A stretch of 64,000 bases of DNA from Octopus vulgaris (GCA_951406725.2 OX597814.1:121148001-121212000); one strand, 5' to 3'; positions 25,893 to 39,814 are shown, numbered from the stretch's first letter. Numbers and translations: made by a program. Notes: generated by a model not told the origin, from the letters alone.

Positions 25893-26719
25893 CCCTGCTG
25901 ACAGTACTTGTCCGCCGTAATGGTTTCGCCTGGATCCAAAAAGCTGTGATGGATGAGACCGGCCGAAGAACACCAGTCACCATTACCTTCTTTTGGTGCA
26001 ACTTTGGCTTCGGAAAGTGCTGTGGAGCTTCGTCGGCGTCCAACTGAGCTAAGCGTCACCGGCTGACGTAAAGAATTCACTATTCATCGCAAGTCACAAT
26101 CCAGTCGAGAAACGGGTAATTCTTGTTGCGTAAAAAGAGGGAAAGACGACACTTCAGAACGGCGTTTTTTTTTTCTTGTTTTGGTTGTCTTTCAATTTGT
26201 GCGTCACCCATTTCTCAAGTATTTTTTCCCAATCTCTTTCAAGTGGTTGGAAATTGTCATATACGTTATGTCTAATTCAAAAGCAAGCTCTCGATTGGTT
26301 TCCACTAACGCTCTTAGTTGATAGTTTGTCAACATCCGATGGCCGACCACTACGCTTATCATCTTGAAGACTCACGTCATCGTTACGAAATTTCTTGAAC
26401 CACCATTGTGCTGTACTTCATTAGTGGTTCCTGGGCTGATATTACGATATCGCGACCTGTTTCAGCAGCTTTTCGCCCTAGTTTGAACTGGAATATGAAA
26501 ATTGTGCGAATTTGCGTTTTGACCATGTTGTAGTCAACGTTCAGGGGAAAATGGCATAATTATTCAAAAATAAAAAGAAAGAGGAACACGATTAGATAGG
26601 GTGAAAATGGGCTTTAGAATGATATATGAATTCAAAGTAATTTAACGAAAATTAAATTTGAAAATACATCATTTAAAACCAAAATTTAAAATTCCGCAAG
26701 AACTTTCTTGACAACCTAA
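25893..26719 (-). mobile_element. Mariner transposon relic (5' TIR and partial transposase)
   Basis: TA followed by TIR ttaggttgtcaagaaagttcttgcgg. Peptides AQWWFKKFRNDDVSLQDDKRSGRPS, FLDWIVTCDE and PKPKLHQKKVMV. Confidence 0.9.
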
Positions 26720-26779
26720 TAGATTGTTCGGAATATTAGGAATATTAAAACTTTCTGTTAACCGTATAACCAACTATTC

Positions 26780-27150
26780 TTTCACTGTGTGATAGCGTCT
26801 ATTTATTGAGAAGATGTTATAGCATGTCATCTTTAATGCATTACGATATTATAGTCGCTTTATAAAAATTAAGGCAACATAATTGTTACCTTCATTTTTT
26901 AAAATCAAAACCTAAGGCCTTCTTTGCTAGCCTTTAAAATTATCCGTTTCACAGATGGTTTCCCGTGTAAGCATTTATTGTTTCACTGTATGATAGCTTC
27001 TATTCATTGAGTCGATGTTATATCTCATGTTTAATGCATTACAATATTTTAATCGCTTTATAAAAATACGGGCAACATAAACGTTGCCTTTATTTTAGTA
27101 TATTAAAACAAGCTCTTTTCGCTAGCCGTTAAAATTATCGTTTTACAGAA
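26780..27150. repeat. Diverged tandem duplication, period about 200 bp
   Basis: tttcactgt.tgatagc.tctatt.attgag...taatgcattac...gctagcc.ttaaaattatc occurs twice. Confidence 0.8.
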
Positions 27151-27194
27151 CCGAGATTACACATACACCATTTGTGTTTGTACTTTATTTATTA

Positions 27195-27487
27195 CTAGCA
27201 GTATCGCCCGGCGTTGCTCGGGTTTGTAAGGGAAATAACTATATAAGCATTTTTAGAGAGGTATAGCCAAAAGTAGCAGAAAAATGCATTAAAATGGAAA
27301 AAAATGATGGTAATTTTTTTTTAAATCGTAAACTCATCGTAGACGCGCGCTAATACCCAGAAGGGCTCGATATGAATCACGACTATAAGATACCCGCTTT
27401 TGTTTAAACTGCACCGCAAAATGTGGGAGTAGTTAGGAATCTAAATCGTAGGAGACAGACACACAACTTGACTTTTATATATAAAGA
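27195..27487 (-). mobile_element. Non-autonomous Helitron
   Basis: On the minus strand it starts TC after an A, ends cccgagcaacgccggg hairpin then CTAG, and is followed by T, the canonical A|T insertion. Confidence 0.85.
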
Positions 27488-29162
27488 TTTGAATATTCAA
27501 CCACACCTACGATTTTTGAGTTGCTCTGCATTTGTTTCCATCATTCTATTTATGTAACAATTTCTATATTGTATTAGAATCTGTTGAGTTCCCATCGTGG
27601 AATCGCTACAGTCACTGTCGACATTCTCTTTATTCTTATAAGCTGAAGACTAAATAGCGAATATTTTATATACACAAAATTTTGAGTATCCAGAGAACAA
27701 TATACACAGTATATTTTGTATAAGTACTTGCGCTAGATAAACTGAGTTCTCAAACAATTCGCTAGAAAAAGAAATGAAAACGAATATACCTCACTAAGTA
27801 ATCATATATCAGCGGTTATTTTCATTGACTCCTTACATCTCCAGGGACTTCTTCAGTTCATTCACTTTTACGCCTTATTCAAGGAGGTATATTATCAAAG
27901 ATAGTGATGTAAAGAGAAACTTATACTTGTTCGTTCTAAAAGCTTTGTTCAAGTAAATATTCGGTCTATCATTCTGTAGATGTTCTGACAGCTTGTTTGC
28001 TCCCTCGATGGTTAAACTTCGAGATAATTCAATAGATTATCACTTTGTTCTGCATAAACACCTTCCTAGAGGTATCACTGATATAGCTGTGCTTTTCACC
28101 GACTTTCCCAAACGGGAGGAATGGCACTGAAGGAGAGACTATCTCTCCAAAATCTTTAAATCATGTCTCTTTTGAAGATATACATGTATGTATGTATGTA
28201 TGTATGTATGTATGTATGTATTTATGTGTCTGTGTATGCATATATATATATATATATAAGTTGATTCATAGATAGATAGATACATACATACAACTAGACA
28301 GGTATACATATTTAAATAGGTAGATAGGTAAGATATATAAAATTGCATATGTAGTATAATCCACTTATATTTTGCAAGATAACAACTAACAAATGTACAT
28401 TCAGGAACATAGATTAGCCTATGATGTCTACTATAGATTACTTATACACTCGGAGCATCTTGTAAGGTAAATGATATAAAACGCCCCTGAAAGTCCATTG
28501 GTTTTATTCTTATGCATCTCGGATAATATCTCGCGATAACAAAATAATATTCTCCTATATACAACCTATATCCTTAGGCACAACACACTGCACGTAGCGA
28601 ACTAGATATGCTAATGAAAGGGATACGAGATTCTGCAGTTTGATGTATTCTGATTTATTGATTTTGTGATAATGTTCAGGATACAAAGAGATTTCAATGT
28701 GTATTAAGTACCCTAACTTTTAAAAATGCGCTATATTTGTTGATAAAAGTGTTGGAAAGATATCACATTTCCGGGACTAGCAATTGAAGAGGAAGCATTA
28801 TTTTTTAATGAAATACAGCTTTTATGGTATTTCTCTTGGATTTAATGTCTCTAGCTTGCTGGAAGCAAACCTAGATATACATATATTTTTCATATCATAA
28901 GAATTCTTTAAGCTATAAAAATGCGTATACATCATTTTCACACCAATATGTTACGATCCATCCACAATAAGAAAAGATAATACTACAGAAGTATTAGGAA
29001 ATATAATGCATTTCAAGTTCGAATTCACTACTCATTGCTTTGTAAAAGAAATATTCAACTGCAGTACCGACCTCGCGTAGTCTCCTCTAAAATCGCAAAC
29101 ATAATTATTGTTTGATCGAGTCCAGCCATGTTATCGGACAAACTCTTGGTGAATGCAGATTT

Positions 29163-29229
<67 letters not shown>

Positions 29230-29815
29230 ATATGTATGTATGGATGCTTGTATGTATATGCATATGTAAAGGTGTGTGTATGTATATATAAATATGTACT
29301 CAAACTCACATAATTGCACAAGTATATATTGCATATCAGATATATAAAGTCTATTAAAAGTCTATTTTACTTCATGGGAATGTAATTGGTTATCACAATA
29401 ACTCGGGAAGATCCTATGAACGTATACCACATGAAATGTAGATATATGCAAAAATATGTATGAATACATGCAAGCTTGTATGTATGCGTACATGTTTCCT
29501 TTCATTTTTTTTTCGACTTTAACTAGTTTCAGCCGAAGAGTGAGGCTATTCTACAGCACATATATGCGCGTGCGTATGTGTTTCTGTGTGTGTATACATA
29601 TATATAACCATACACGAAACACTGGTTGTTCCAAATGCATTTGGATGCCTAATCGTAATAGTTCATCACGATAAAAATTTATTGCATTTGATAACTATCG
29701 AGTAAACACTGTAACGGCATGACCTACGTGGATGCTCTAAATCACAGACTATTAAGGATACATCAAACTCTACACACTGTCTATCTATCTACTTATAGAA
29801 ACATACATATACAAG

Positions 29816-29859
<44 letters not shown>

Positions 29860-30569
29860 CATATATATACATATATTTTTATAATTACTATTATTATTAT
29901 TGTTGGTGTTGTTGTTGTTATTATTATCAGTTGTAAATTTAAATAGTTGGTAATAACAACAGCAATAATGTAGGTGGTCGCAGGCCTTTAATAGCATTAG
30001 ATAGATATAGAATTAAAAATCTATATGTACCATAAGGGCATATAACTCGTCTACCTGCTAGTAAAAGGAGTTAACACCCCCTCTTAAACCAGCGATAAAT
30101 TCAACGGAAAAACAAAAGTAGTCGGGTGAATAGATTAAAATATTTTGACATACCAAGTCAAATCAGGGCTATATATTTTTGTATTTGGATACACTTGAAT
30201 CATGATTTCTAGTTCTGGCGCAATGCCTTATCTACCATCAGCAAGTTTTAACAAGTTAAAAAATTTCAACTCCTCAGGCGTTCAGAATTGTTTTGAGCCA
30301 AAATCAGAACGGCTTCAATGTAAATATAATAAGGAGTAAATATTCAGAAGTGAATATTTGTGCAGATATTATTTTTGTTATTATTATCTGCGGTAAATAT
30401 TAACAGTTGATAATAACAGCAGTAATGTAGCGGGCTTCAAGCCTTAAATATCTTTAGATAGCCATAGAATTAAAATCTACAAAGAGTAGACACCTTATTG
30501 AAAGATACATGTATAGATCAAAACAGTTGGATTGATTCAAATTCGTTGGTACACTTAAGTTTCAAGTAT

Positions 30570-30820
30570 GATGCTAGTCGTTGGCCATTTTGAATTTGAA
30601 TGACGGAAGTTGATTGTTATTACTGTAAGGTGGGCTGTGATTGGTGGAGGCGGGTAACGCGCTGTCCTGGTTTGATATTGGTATATGGGTAAAAGTTAGT
30701 TGGAAAATACCGCATGGTGAACAGGAAATTGGCCACGTGGAGGACAGGATGTAGACCACGCGGTGATTAGAAAATCGGTCATGTTGCTGGGGTAAGTTGG
30801 AAGGGACGGCATGCGCAAGT
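30570..30820. promoter_or_regulatory. Candidate Pol II promoter, possibly bidirectional
   Basis: Locally GC/CpG-rich with clustered YY1-like (ggccatttt), ETS-like (acggaagt), CCAAT (tgattgg), GC box (ggaggcggg), E box (cacgtg) and NRF1-like (gcatgcgca) motifs. Donor-like G|GTAAGT at 30792. Confidence 0.5.
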
Positions 30821-31402
30821 ATATAGTTCGGCATGTGGATGAATAGACTCGCTCGTATAGTTTTGATGCATGTGTATATTACTGAAAGCGTGCGCATTTC
30901 TACAAGTGTGCACATACGCACGTCAGCAGACTGACACGCGTACATGCACACGCACATACATACAAAAGCGTACGCGCTCAAGAGTACCAACGAATGTGAA
31001 TCACACTATTTTGATCTACATATCTGATAATATAATAATGAATTCAGTTTTTTTAACACACACACACACATTTCTTCTCTCTTTCTTTCACCCTCTTTTG
31101 CTTCCTTCCTCTCTCTCTCTCTCTCTCACTCTCTCTCTCTCTCACTCCTCCTCATCTCTCTCACAGCCGGGTTTACGAACTTCCCCTTTCGCCGGCGGCC
31201 TTGTTCAAGTAAACATGTTTCTCCCTGCGCTCGTGAAAAAAAATGTTTTTTCCTCGTCTAGGCTTATAGGCCCTCTTTATTTGTTTTTCTGTCCTGATTC
31301 TATTCCTTCTTGTATTGTATTTTATTTTGTATTTGTTTTTAATTGTATTGTTTTTACGTCCTGTTTTTGTCACACTTTTTTTTCCTTGCTTTTACCCCTC
31401 TG

Positions 31403-31640
31403 CAAAGGAATTTTATTTAATTCTTTCGCAGGATGGACTATTTCGACGAAACGTGTTCTGTCCTCACCTTCGAAACATGCTGGAGTTGAACTAAGGACAG
31501 CTGATGAAGGAGATTTTTCCTTGTGTAGTTGTCTTGTACTCTGTTTTTTCGTTGTTAAAAAAATGGTCCGTTCCATGCTCTTTTTACGTTTTCGTTTCTC
31601 GTTGAGTTCTACGACTATTTGTGGTGTCCTGTACACACGT
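31403..31640 (+). mobile_element. Penelope-like short element with permuted hammerhead-like motifs
   Basis: GAAA-cgtg-TT-ctgtcct...aggacag-CTGATGA at 31448-31507, a T-rich 3' part, and an adjacent (TA)n. Confidence 0.45.
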
Positions 31641-32877
31641 ATATATATTTATATATGCATGTATATATACATGTAGATGTAGGTACGTACATATATGTTT
31701 GTATGTATGCATATATTTTATTTTTTACACTATATATATATATTTGTCCAAAATCAGAGAGTAGGAGAAGGATGCAGTATGAGAAAGAGTAGTATAAGTG
31801 AAGGGAGAGGAGAGGAAATAGTAATTTAGTGAAGGAAAAGTAGTGAGCGTAATAGCTGTGACTGAGAGAGAGTGAGAGAAAGCAATAGCAATGTGAGAAA
31901 GGAAGTAGAAATGAGCGTTTCAAATCTGTGTGAGTATAAGTATGTGTATGTAAAAGGGAGTTATGTGATTTTTTTGTGTGTGCGTGTGCGTTCGTGGTTA
32001 TGTGTGTGTGTATGTGCAATGGAAATGGAATGGTGAACTTTCAACACTGAAAAGAAAACTCAAACAGCATTTCAGCTCTGTTTGAGTATATGCGTGTATG
32101 TGTGTGCGTGTACAACGGAAGTATGTGAATGTTTGTATGTGATTATTTTATATTCGTTGTTGCTACTATATGTATCGGCATATATATTCAAATCAATTGC
32201 ATTAGTGTTTTATTATCATATTTTTTATTGCTATTATTACGTTTATTTATTTTTTCTTATTGTAGCCTGCAAATTTATAATTTTCGATCGTAGCAGGGAT
32301 ACATTAAGGGTTACTTCTCTTCCACCGCTTCTTGTGTATTTCATAGTATCATTAAGTAAATCATTTGTATTTTCGTTACTCTTTTTATTATAGAAATCAT
32401 TTGACTTTTTACTATTTTGTGCTGATATAATTTGTGCAATGTTTTTGAAAAGCAGAAACCCACCTTTAATTTGTATGCGTATACTATTTTGTGATATTTG
32501 TTTTCGTTTGAAAAATGCTTAGAGAGATCTTTCTAAAAGAATTTCATTATATTACTTTCTATGTAATTCTTTTTAGAGTAACTTTTCTTGGCGTCAATTA
32601 TATTTATACATGGGATGTAATTCTTTACAGGATCAGTATGTTGTTATTTCGTTTATAATTTAGGCTGCTTTTCATTCAAATCGTCACAATTATCGTTATT
32701 ATAGTGTTTTGTTTTAGGCCTATGCTATTATCTCTAAATCTTCTTAGTTCCTTACGGTTTCTATCCTTGTTACTTGTGTTTGGTTTATTTATGGCTTCTA
32801 TTTGTTCCTTGGATATTGCCTACTGTGGGTGTTGTTTAACCTCTAGCTATTTTGAGAACGAAATCTAAAAACACAAT

Positions 32878-32911
<34 letters not shown>

Positions 32912-33134
32912 ACACGCATACACACACACATACTACTACCATTCAGTCTGTAAGGAACGCTCCATCCCTTAAAATGTACAAGAATATGTCACAATTTCTG
33001 CACTGAAGAGATTTTTACTCTTTAAATTCATACTGGAATTTTATTATAAAATAAGATTGAAGATAAGAAATCGAAACTTGGCAACATGAAATTCAAAAGT
33101 ATATAAAGAAATGAATTTTTGTTATTCTTTAATT

Positions 33135-33535
33135 CTTTTATTCTTTCATTTGCTTCAACCGTTATGACTATGACCATACTGGAGCAACATCTTTTATTGG
33201 AAGAAATGGAACACTGGCAATATTCTTTGTAAGCCTGGTACTTGCCAAACCGCCAAGTTACGCGAACGTAATCAAGAGTGGTTGTCAAGCGATATATACA
33301 TACATATATATACATATATACACACACACACATATATATATATATATATGTTTGTGTGTATGTGAGTGTGTGTGTGTATACAATAGGTACTTTTCAGTGT
33401 CCATCCACCAAATCAACTCACAAGGCTTTCGTCGATCCGAGGCTATAGTAGAACACACTCGTCCAACGTGTCATGCAGTGGAATTAGACGCGGAACCATG
33501 TGGTTGGGAGCAAGCTTCTGACCAACAGCCACACC
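33135..33535 (-). mobile_element. SINE family A, diverged copy
   Basis: gaccatactggagcaac...ggaaccatgtggttgggagcaagcttctgaccaacagccac. Confidence 0.8.
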
Positions 33536-34539
33536 TAGAAAGAAAGAGAGAGAGAGAGAGGGGGGCTATATGTCAAGCAAAGTAAATAGTTAGAAAATCT
33601 CTCTAAGTGATGAAAATAGCAACTATATTGACAAGTAATGTTGCAATTTCAATAAGTCGTTTCGTTACGAACCAATGTCTATCATTTTAACCTCAGGAGC
33701 AAGCCTCAACTGGCGGGTTATCGATTCATTCTGCAAGCCGGAGACAAAAGCCCCTACCGTCTTCTAGTGACTTTACATGACCAATAGACCGTTCAGTTTT
33801 CAGCTATTTTTGCCCATCTACAGAGCTGGATACCTAGACATAATTGTAGTTCGTTACAGCTCGCAATATATAGAAAAATGCGCGACAAAATTAAGGTCAG
33901 TCACTGATATTCCAGCAAGCAAAAATAAAGTTGGATAGTTTTTAAAAGCACATCATACATATATGTATATACATAAATGTATGTATTTTTACAAGAATTG
34001 TTATTAGATTGATTGCCTCTTCCGTTTATCTATCTACCTACCAACCTACATATCTATCGATTAATTTGGCTATCTGTATTTCTATATTAGTGTTTAACTT
34101 CATGTCAAGTGATACATATTTGTGAGTGTGTGTGAGTGAGTGAGTGTATGTATATTCATATGAATACATATTACCATAGATATACATTTAACATATTACA
34201 TACATCCATACGGTTGTATTCTCTGATGGCATGAACCTACAGACTTTATTATGGATCGCCGAGCCCAAGAAACAGCTGTTGGGTTTGTAATACCTTTATT
34301 CCACACATTTAATATTCTTTATTATTTGTTTTTTGTGTCAATTGGACCATTTTGTATGTATACATGATTACATATTGTGTAATTCATGTATTCAATATAC
34401 TGTCTAATTTGCTTATCCTCACATTTACTTCTATACCCGCTCAAATTTAAATATTTTGAGCACTACTAACAGTATGAACTATATATGTGCGTGCGTGTGT
34501 GTGCGTGCATGCATGTGTTTGTGTGAGTGTGAGCTATGC

Positions 34540-35535
34540 TAGGTGGAATCCCTGCTCAACCTCATTAACAAGTTGTGCATGGAATAAATAATAGTCCAAC
34601 CAACCAGGACAAGCAATATACTTGATATCTGATTCACAAACAATGTGGATCTCATCCATAATGTAAAAGTGACACCGACACTAATCTCGAATCACAACAT
34701 AATAGAGCTGACCATCTATGGACCAAAGGAACCCACAGACATGAAGCCTATGTGAAGCACCTAAAATCTATTCATTCTGAACTACCACAAAACAGAATGG
34801 AATTCAATTGAGAAAGATATCACCAAACCAGACTGGCCCTAATGTCTCTCTACACCTGATATAGGCATGGATTTGAAAACCTTCATGTCTGTAATGCAAG
34901 TCATATGCTACAGTATTGTTCCAGAGACAAGGGCCACAGCACATAAAAACAAGATTTCCAAGAAGAGAAATGTTCTTATGAGACGACATACAAAGAGTGC
35001 AAACCGCCTCAGCTGAGAACTAAACGGCAGTGAGAAACCCCGCCTGGAAACAGCACTGTTGGAGACTGAAAAACAACTGAAGTACTCCCATGAGAAGGCA
35101 AGGTCAGACACGGAAGACTTGATCATAAAAAAATTTCAATCAGACTCTAAAGCCTTCTGTAAGTACGCCATAGTGTCTGATTCTGTGCATTGCAGATTGA
35201 AGCACTGAGTGAACAGTTCAAAAGTGTCTTCAACCCACTCCTACGGCAAAGGCAAGTTAGCAAGCCTGTAGAATTCTTTACTGCTACAGAAGCTTAACGG
35301 GAGGCAGTAACAATTGATTACATCAACGTCGAAGAAAAGAATGTAATGCTGCCAATAGATGATAGAGACGCAATCTCGGCTGTTGGTCCTGATGGATTTC
35401 CAGCAGTCTTTCTCAAGTCAGAAAAACGAATCCTTGCCAAATCATTGCAGCTACTTTCTCAGGGTTTCTTCACAAATAGTAAGCTCTCGAACAAACTAAA
35501 GAAGGGAATAACATCCATTTATAGGTGAAGGGAAA
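34540..35535 (+). mobile_element. Degraded CR1-type LINE fragment (APE C-terminus to RT start)
   Basis: Relics QPTRTSNILDI*FTNN, SNHNIIEL and AVGPDGFPAVFLK. Confidence 0.75.
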
Positions 35536-36637
35536 GCTGTTTTGGCGGCTTTGTTTTAAAATAATTTAAAACAAATTCTCTCATTGCTTGAAAAACATTT
35601 CAGCCGAAATCATTTAGATTTTAGGCATAATTATTCTAAAAGGTATTTCGATACGCTTCTAGAAATTTCCATGAGAAGTTATAAAAGCCTGAATTTTTTC
35701 CGAATTTAGTTAGTGTATAGCGTGCTTTCTAGAAGCTATGTCACTCACTCTCACATGCACTTGTGTTTTAACGTTTTTGCTATAATGAAACAGAACGTTA
35801 CTTTCTTCCATGATGATCTTAAGTCATAAATCTAATGCTTCATTTACTCTATTTAAAATGAAATAGATAGGTAATTTAATTGTTGTCATTTCTTTGTGAC
35901 AGATAAATCTTAGATAAAAATTCAGAATTAACTTCCTGCTATGTGTATGTTTTCTTACGTCTTTCTTTATTGACAAAGGAAGATTACTCACATGCATTTA
36001 TATTTAATTGTAATTAAACTTATCAGTAAAATCAACGAAAACAAAAATAGACATCTTTGAAATTAATGTTTTAATACTTCTCCACAAAAGTGCATTTGAC
36101 GATTCTTGTCATTTTCACAACAGCAAGTGGCAAAATAAATTAGTTTTAAATGAAGACATACATATTATTCACATACATGTCAGTCAATCTTAATATATTA
36201 TATCTGGGGAATACATCAGCAACCACAGAGTATATATATATATGAAGACGACAGAATTAGAACCGAAAATACAACAAAATAGGTATAGAATCTTCGTCGC
36301 CAAAATATGGTATCGATTAAAATGCATAACCAAAGCATCTCAGAATTTAGGAATTTGCCAAGATGTATCCTAAATATGAGTAAGGACAGAAACATAATAT
36401 ATATATTTCCCATTCTTTTGGTGTTTTTATACTAAAATCATTGACTCTATACTAAATATATTCGGTGTTTGAAGTTCGGATTTACAAATTGGTCAGGCAG
36501 CAGAATATAACGCTACGGCCCTATATGGATTGAAATCTTTCTCACGGGACAAGTTAGTGAATAACGTTCAATCCTTACAGAATGTTTATAAAGTATTCAG
36601 CTGGAATCTTAATCCCCATTTTCCATTATATACATAT

Positions 36638-36712
<75 letters not shown>

Positions 36713-36721
36713 TCTGTTATT

Positions 36722-36778
36722 ACCGTATTGGTCCCAATTTCGGGGTTAATTCATAAGAATTTCCCCCTCTTCAGCGAT
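36722..36778 (-). ncRNA. Type I hammerhead ribozyme, intact core
   Basis: atcg-CTGAAGA-gggggaaattcttatgaattaacccc-GAAA-ttgggaccaa-TA-cggt. All three stems pair. Confidence 0.7.
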
Positions 36779-37253
36779 AGATACGTCAGATATAAGTGAA
36801 ATACTTACTCATACTTACCCCGAAATTGGGACCAATAGGGTAATAACGGATTTTTTAGAAATTTCTATCGGTTTGTTTCGATACGCAGAAATTATAATGG
36901 TTATTGACAATTTTTGTCCTTTTTTTGTGCATATTTGGCATTAGAAATTTTCTTCTGCCCTCATTTTGTAAATTATTTATAAATTTAACCTTTAAAGGTA
37001 TATTTTGATATGCTGGCCATTGATAAAATGTTTTTCTCGAAAAAATTTTTATCCTACATTAGTTATAAATTGAAAAGTGTTCACTTCCGGATTCTCTCAC
37101 TCTGTGAAGTTTCTAGTTCGAATCACACGTGTCTCGAGATGTGCCGAATATTTTCTATTTTGGATATATTTGGGCTACTTAGGTCTGCTCAGGACTTAGT
37201 GCTTGCTTTTTCCATGGGTATGAGTAAGTATTTCACTTATATCACACGTATTT

Positions 37254-37310
37254 ATCGCTGAAGAGGGGAAAATTCTTATGAATTAACACCGAAATTGGGA
37301 CCAATACGGT
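37254..37310 (+). ncRNA. Type I hammerhead ribozyme, intact core
   Basis: atcg-CTGAAGA-ggggaaaattcttatgaattaacacc-GAAA-ttgggaccaa-TA-cggt. Confidence 0.68.
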
Positions 37311-37644
37311 AATAACGGATTTTTTAGAAATTCCTATCGGTTTGTTTCGAGATGCAGAAATTATAATGGTTATTGACAATTTTTTGTCTTTTTTTCGGCA
37401 TATTTGGCATTAGAATTTTTCTTCTGACCTCATTTTGTAAATTATTTATAAATTTAACCTTTAAAGGTATATTTTGATATGCTGGCCATTGATAAAATGT
37501 TTTTCTCGACAAAAATTTTATCCTACATTAGTTATATATATATATAAGCGTCCAATAATACTATTTTTGTTTTACGTCCTCGCGTTGTTGTGTTTTTTTT
37601 TGTGCTTTCTTGTTTGGATTAACTTTATATATATATATATATAT

Positions 37645-37648
37645 AGAT

Positions 37649-37747
<99 letters not shown>
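37645..37747. repeat. (AGAT)n microsatellite
   Basis: Direct reading. Confidence 0.95.
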
Positions 37748-37767
37748 TACATATATATATATATGGG

Positions 37768-38022
37768 GGAGGCGTGTAGAGGCGGTTGGCTTAGTAGTTA
37801 GGGTGTCAATATCATGTTCGTAGGATTGTGATTTCGATTCCTGGACCGGACGACGCGTTGTGTTCTTGAACAAAACACTTCACTTCACGTTGCTCCAGTC
37901 CACTCAGCTGGCTTACATGAGTAACGCTGCGATGGACTGGCGTCCAGTTCAGCTGGAGAACACAATAGCCATTGAAAACGGGAAACCAGGCCTATGAGCC
38001 TGGCTAGGCTTTAATAGGGCGG
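37768..38022 (+). mobile_element. tRNA-derived SINE sharing the family C tail
   Basis: tggcttagtagttaggg...ttcgattcctggaccgg...ctgcgatggactggcgtccag...gagcctggctaggctttaatagggcg. Confidence 0.75.
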
Positions 38023-38103
38023 ATGTATTATATATATACATACATATATATATATTTATTTATATGTATATTTATAAATATATATATTATATATATATAT
38101 ATT

Positions 38104-38134
<31 letters not shown>

Positions 38135-38137
38135 GTT

Positions 38138-38181
<44 letters not shown>

Positions 38182-38865
38182 AATATATATATATATATAA
38201 ATACTTATACGTGTATTTTAGAGTATACACATATATTATATAGAGAAATTGAAATTGGCATATGCAATCTCATAATAAGAAAGATTATAGTCGTTTGCTT
38301 CCATTCAATTATCCTTTCGTTTTTTTGTATTTTCTATATTTTCGGTTTTATAAAAAGACATTAAACATTAGTAGAATATATGGTGAAGTGGGTAAATTTA
38401 TTGATTTGCAAAGACATAAAATAGATGTCTGCGTCTCTGGCAATGGTTTTTACAAGATAATATGAGAAATGGAATATTAGTAAGTTGAAACATAAAAATA
38501 GTGTAGAACAAAATATTCTAAATAACTATATGACATACAAAATAATTATTCATAATGATATAGTTTGAGTTAGCCAACAGTGGAGTCACTGGTGCTCGTA
38601 GTTAGTCTTATGCAAAATACTAACGGCTGTGAGATAAAAAGAAAATTTTTTGATCGAAATATTAATACTTTAAAGTAGCTAATATTGGATGATGGTGTTG
38701 TTGATGATGATGATGATGATGATGATGGTGGTGGTGTTGATGAGGATTACGATGGCGATTATGATGATGATCATATTAATAATAATAATAATAAGACAAC
38801 AGTATTTCACAAAATTCCCGTAACTATCAGTGTGCGGTAATGCATATATTATCTGTGATTTATTA

Positions 38866-38898
<33 letters not shown>

Positions 38899-39509
38899 TA
38901 TATGTATGTATATGTATATACGTACATGTATACATAAGCATGTATGTAGTCTCTTCTGTTTTTAAACATTTAAATTCTTCCTCTGGAGAAGTTTCTTCAA
39001 AGACACAGCTGGTTTCTAACAAAGATACAGAGCTCCATCATAGCTATGTAGCTAACGAAAACAATGTTGTATATATGTATATGCGCACGAATATTATACA
39101 AGCCAAAATACTAACGTATGACTGGATACATTGTGTGTTTTTTGTGAAATCTACTGATCACTACAATAAATTTTATCAGTTCGAAAGCTTTAGATTTATT
39201 ATTGTAAAGACATTTCTCATCTGTTCAAACAATAAATTCTGAAAGTAAGCCATGGTGAGAGTGTACAGTTGTCGTTCGACATCCAATAGATACAGTAGAT
39301 TTAGGAACCTCCAACAATCTAACGACATCTCGCTGTCGTAAAATTAAGAGGACAATATAGAACTAAGAAGTATACTGGAAAAACAAAACGGTAGTCGTGA
39401 CCGACACAGTCAGCTTATACTAGTGTTAGCCAACGATATATGAGAAGTTACACAGATTTCTGTAGAGCAGGAATATTTTATATGTACATGTATATATATA
39501 CATATATAC

Positions 39510-39561
<52 letters not shown>

Positions 39562-39814
39562 ATAAGCGTGTGTGTGTACGTATGTATATATGTGTGTGTA
39601 TGTGTGTGTAAGTAAAGTTAGGATTCAGTTATCAAGGTGTAGGAAGTTAGTAAGTTTCGAGGAGTTTGTACAAGTTATAAAACACAACTTTCAGGAACAA
39701 TAGTGGTTTACTGACGTAGGAGCTTTCAAATTTTACCAATATCGACGTTCAGCAAGGTGGAAAATGTTCACGGTAAGCAGTTGGCATTGCAGTTTATGCG
39801 AAGAAAAAAATTGC

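Larger units (their letters stand above)
36712..37536. mobile_element. Penelope-type pseudo-LTR array (inverted plus direct repeats) with hammerhead motifs
   Basis: 36712-36814 is the inverse of about 37219-37320. 36818-37067 is repeated at 37289-37536. Confidence 0.75.

Noticed and set aside
30870-31676. 268-aa ORF
   Set aside because: It spans CA/CT microsatellites and T-rich repeat sequence, has low complexity and shows no domain.
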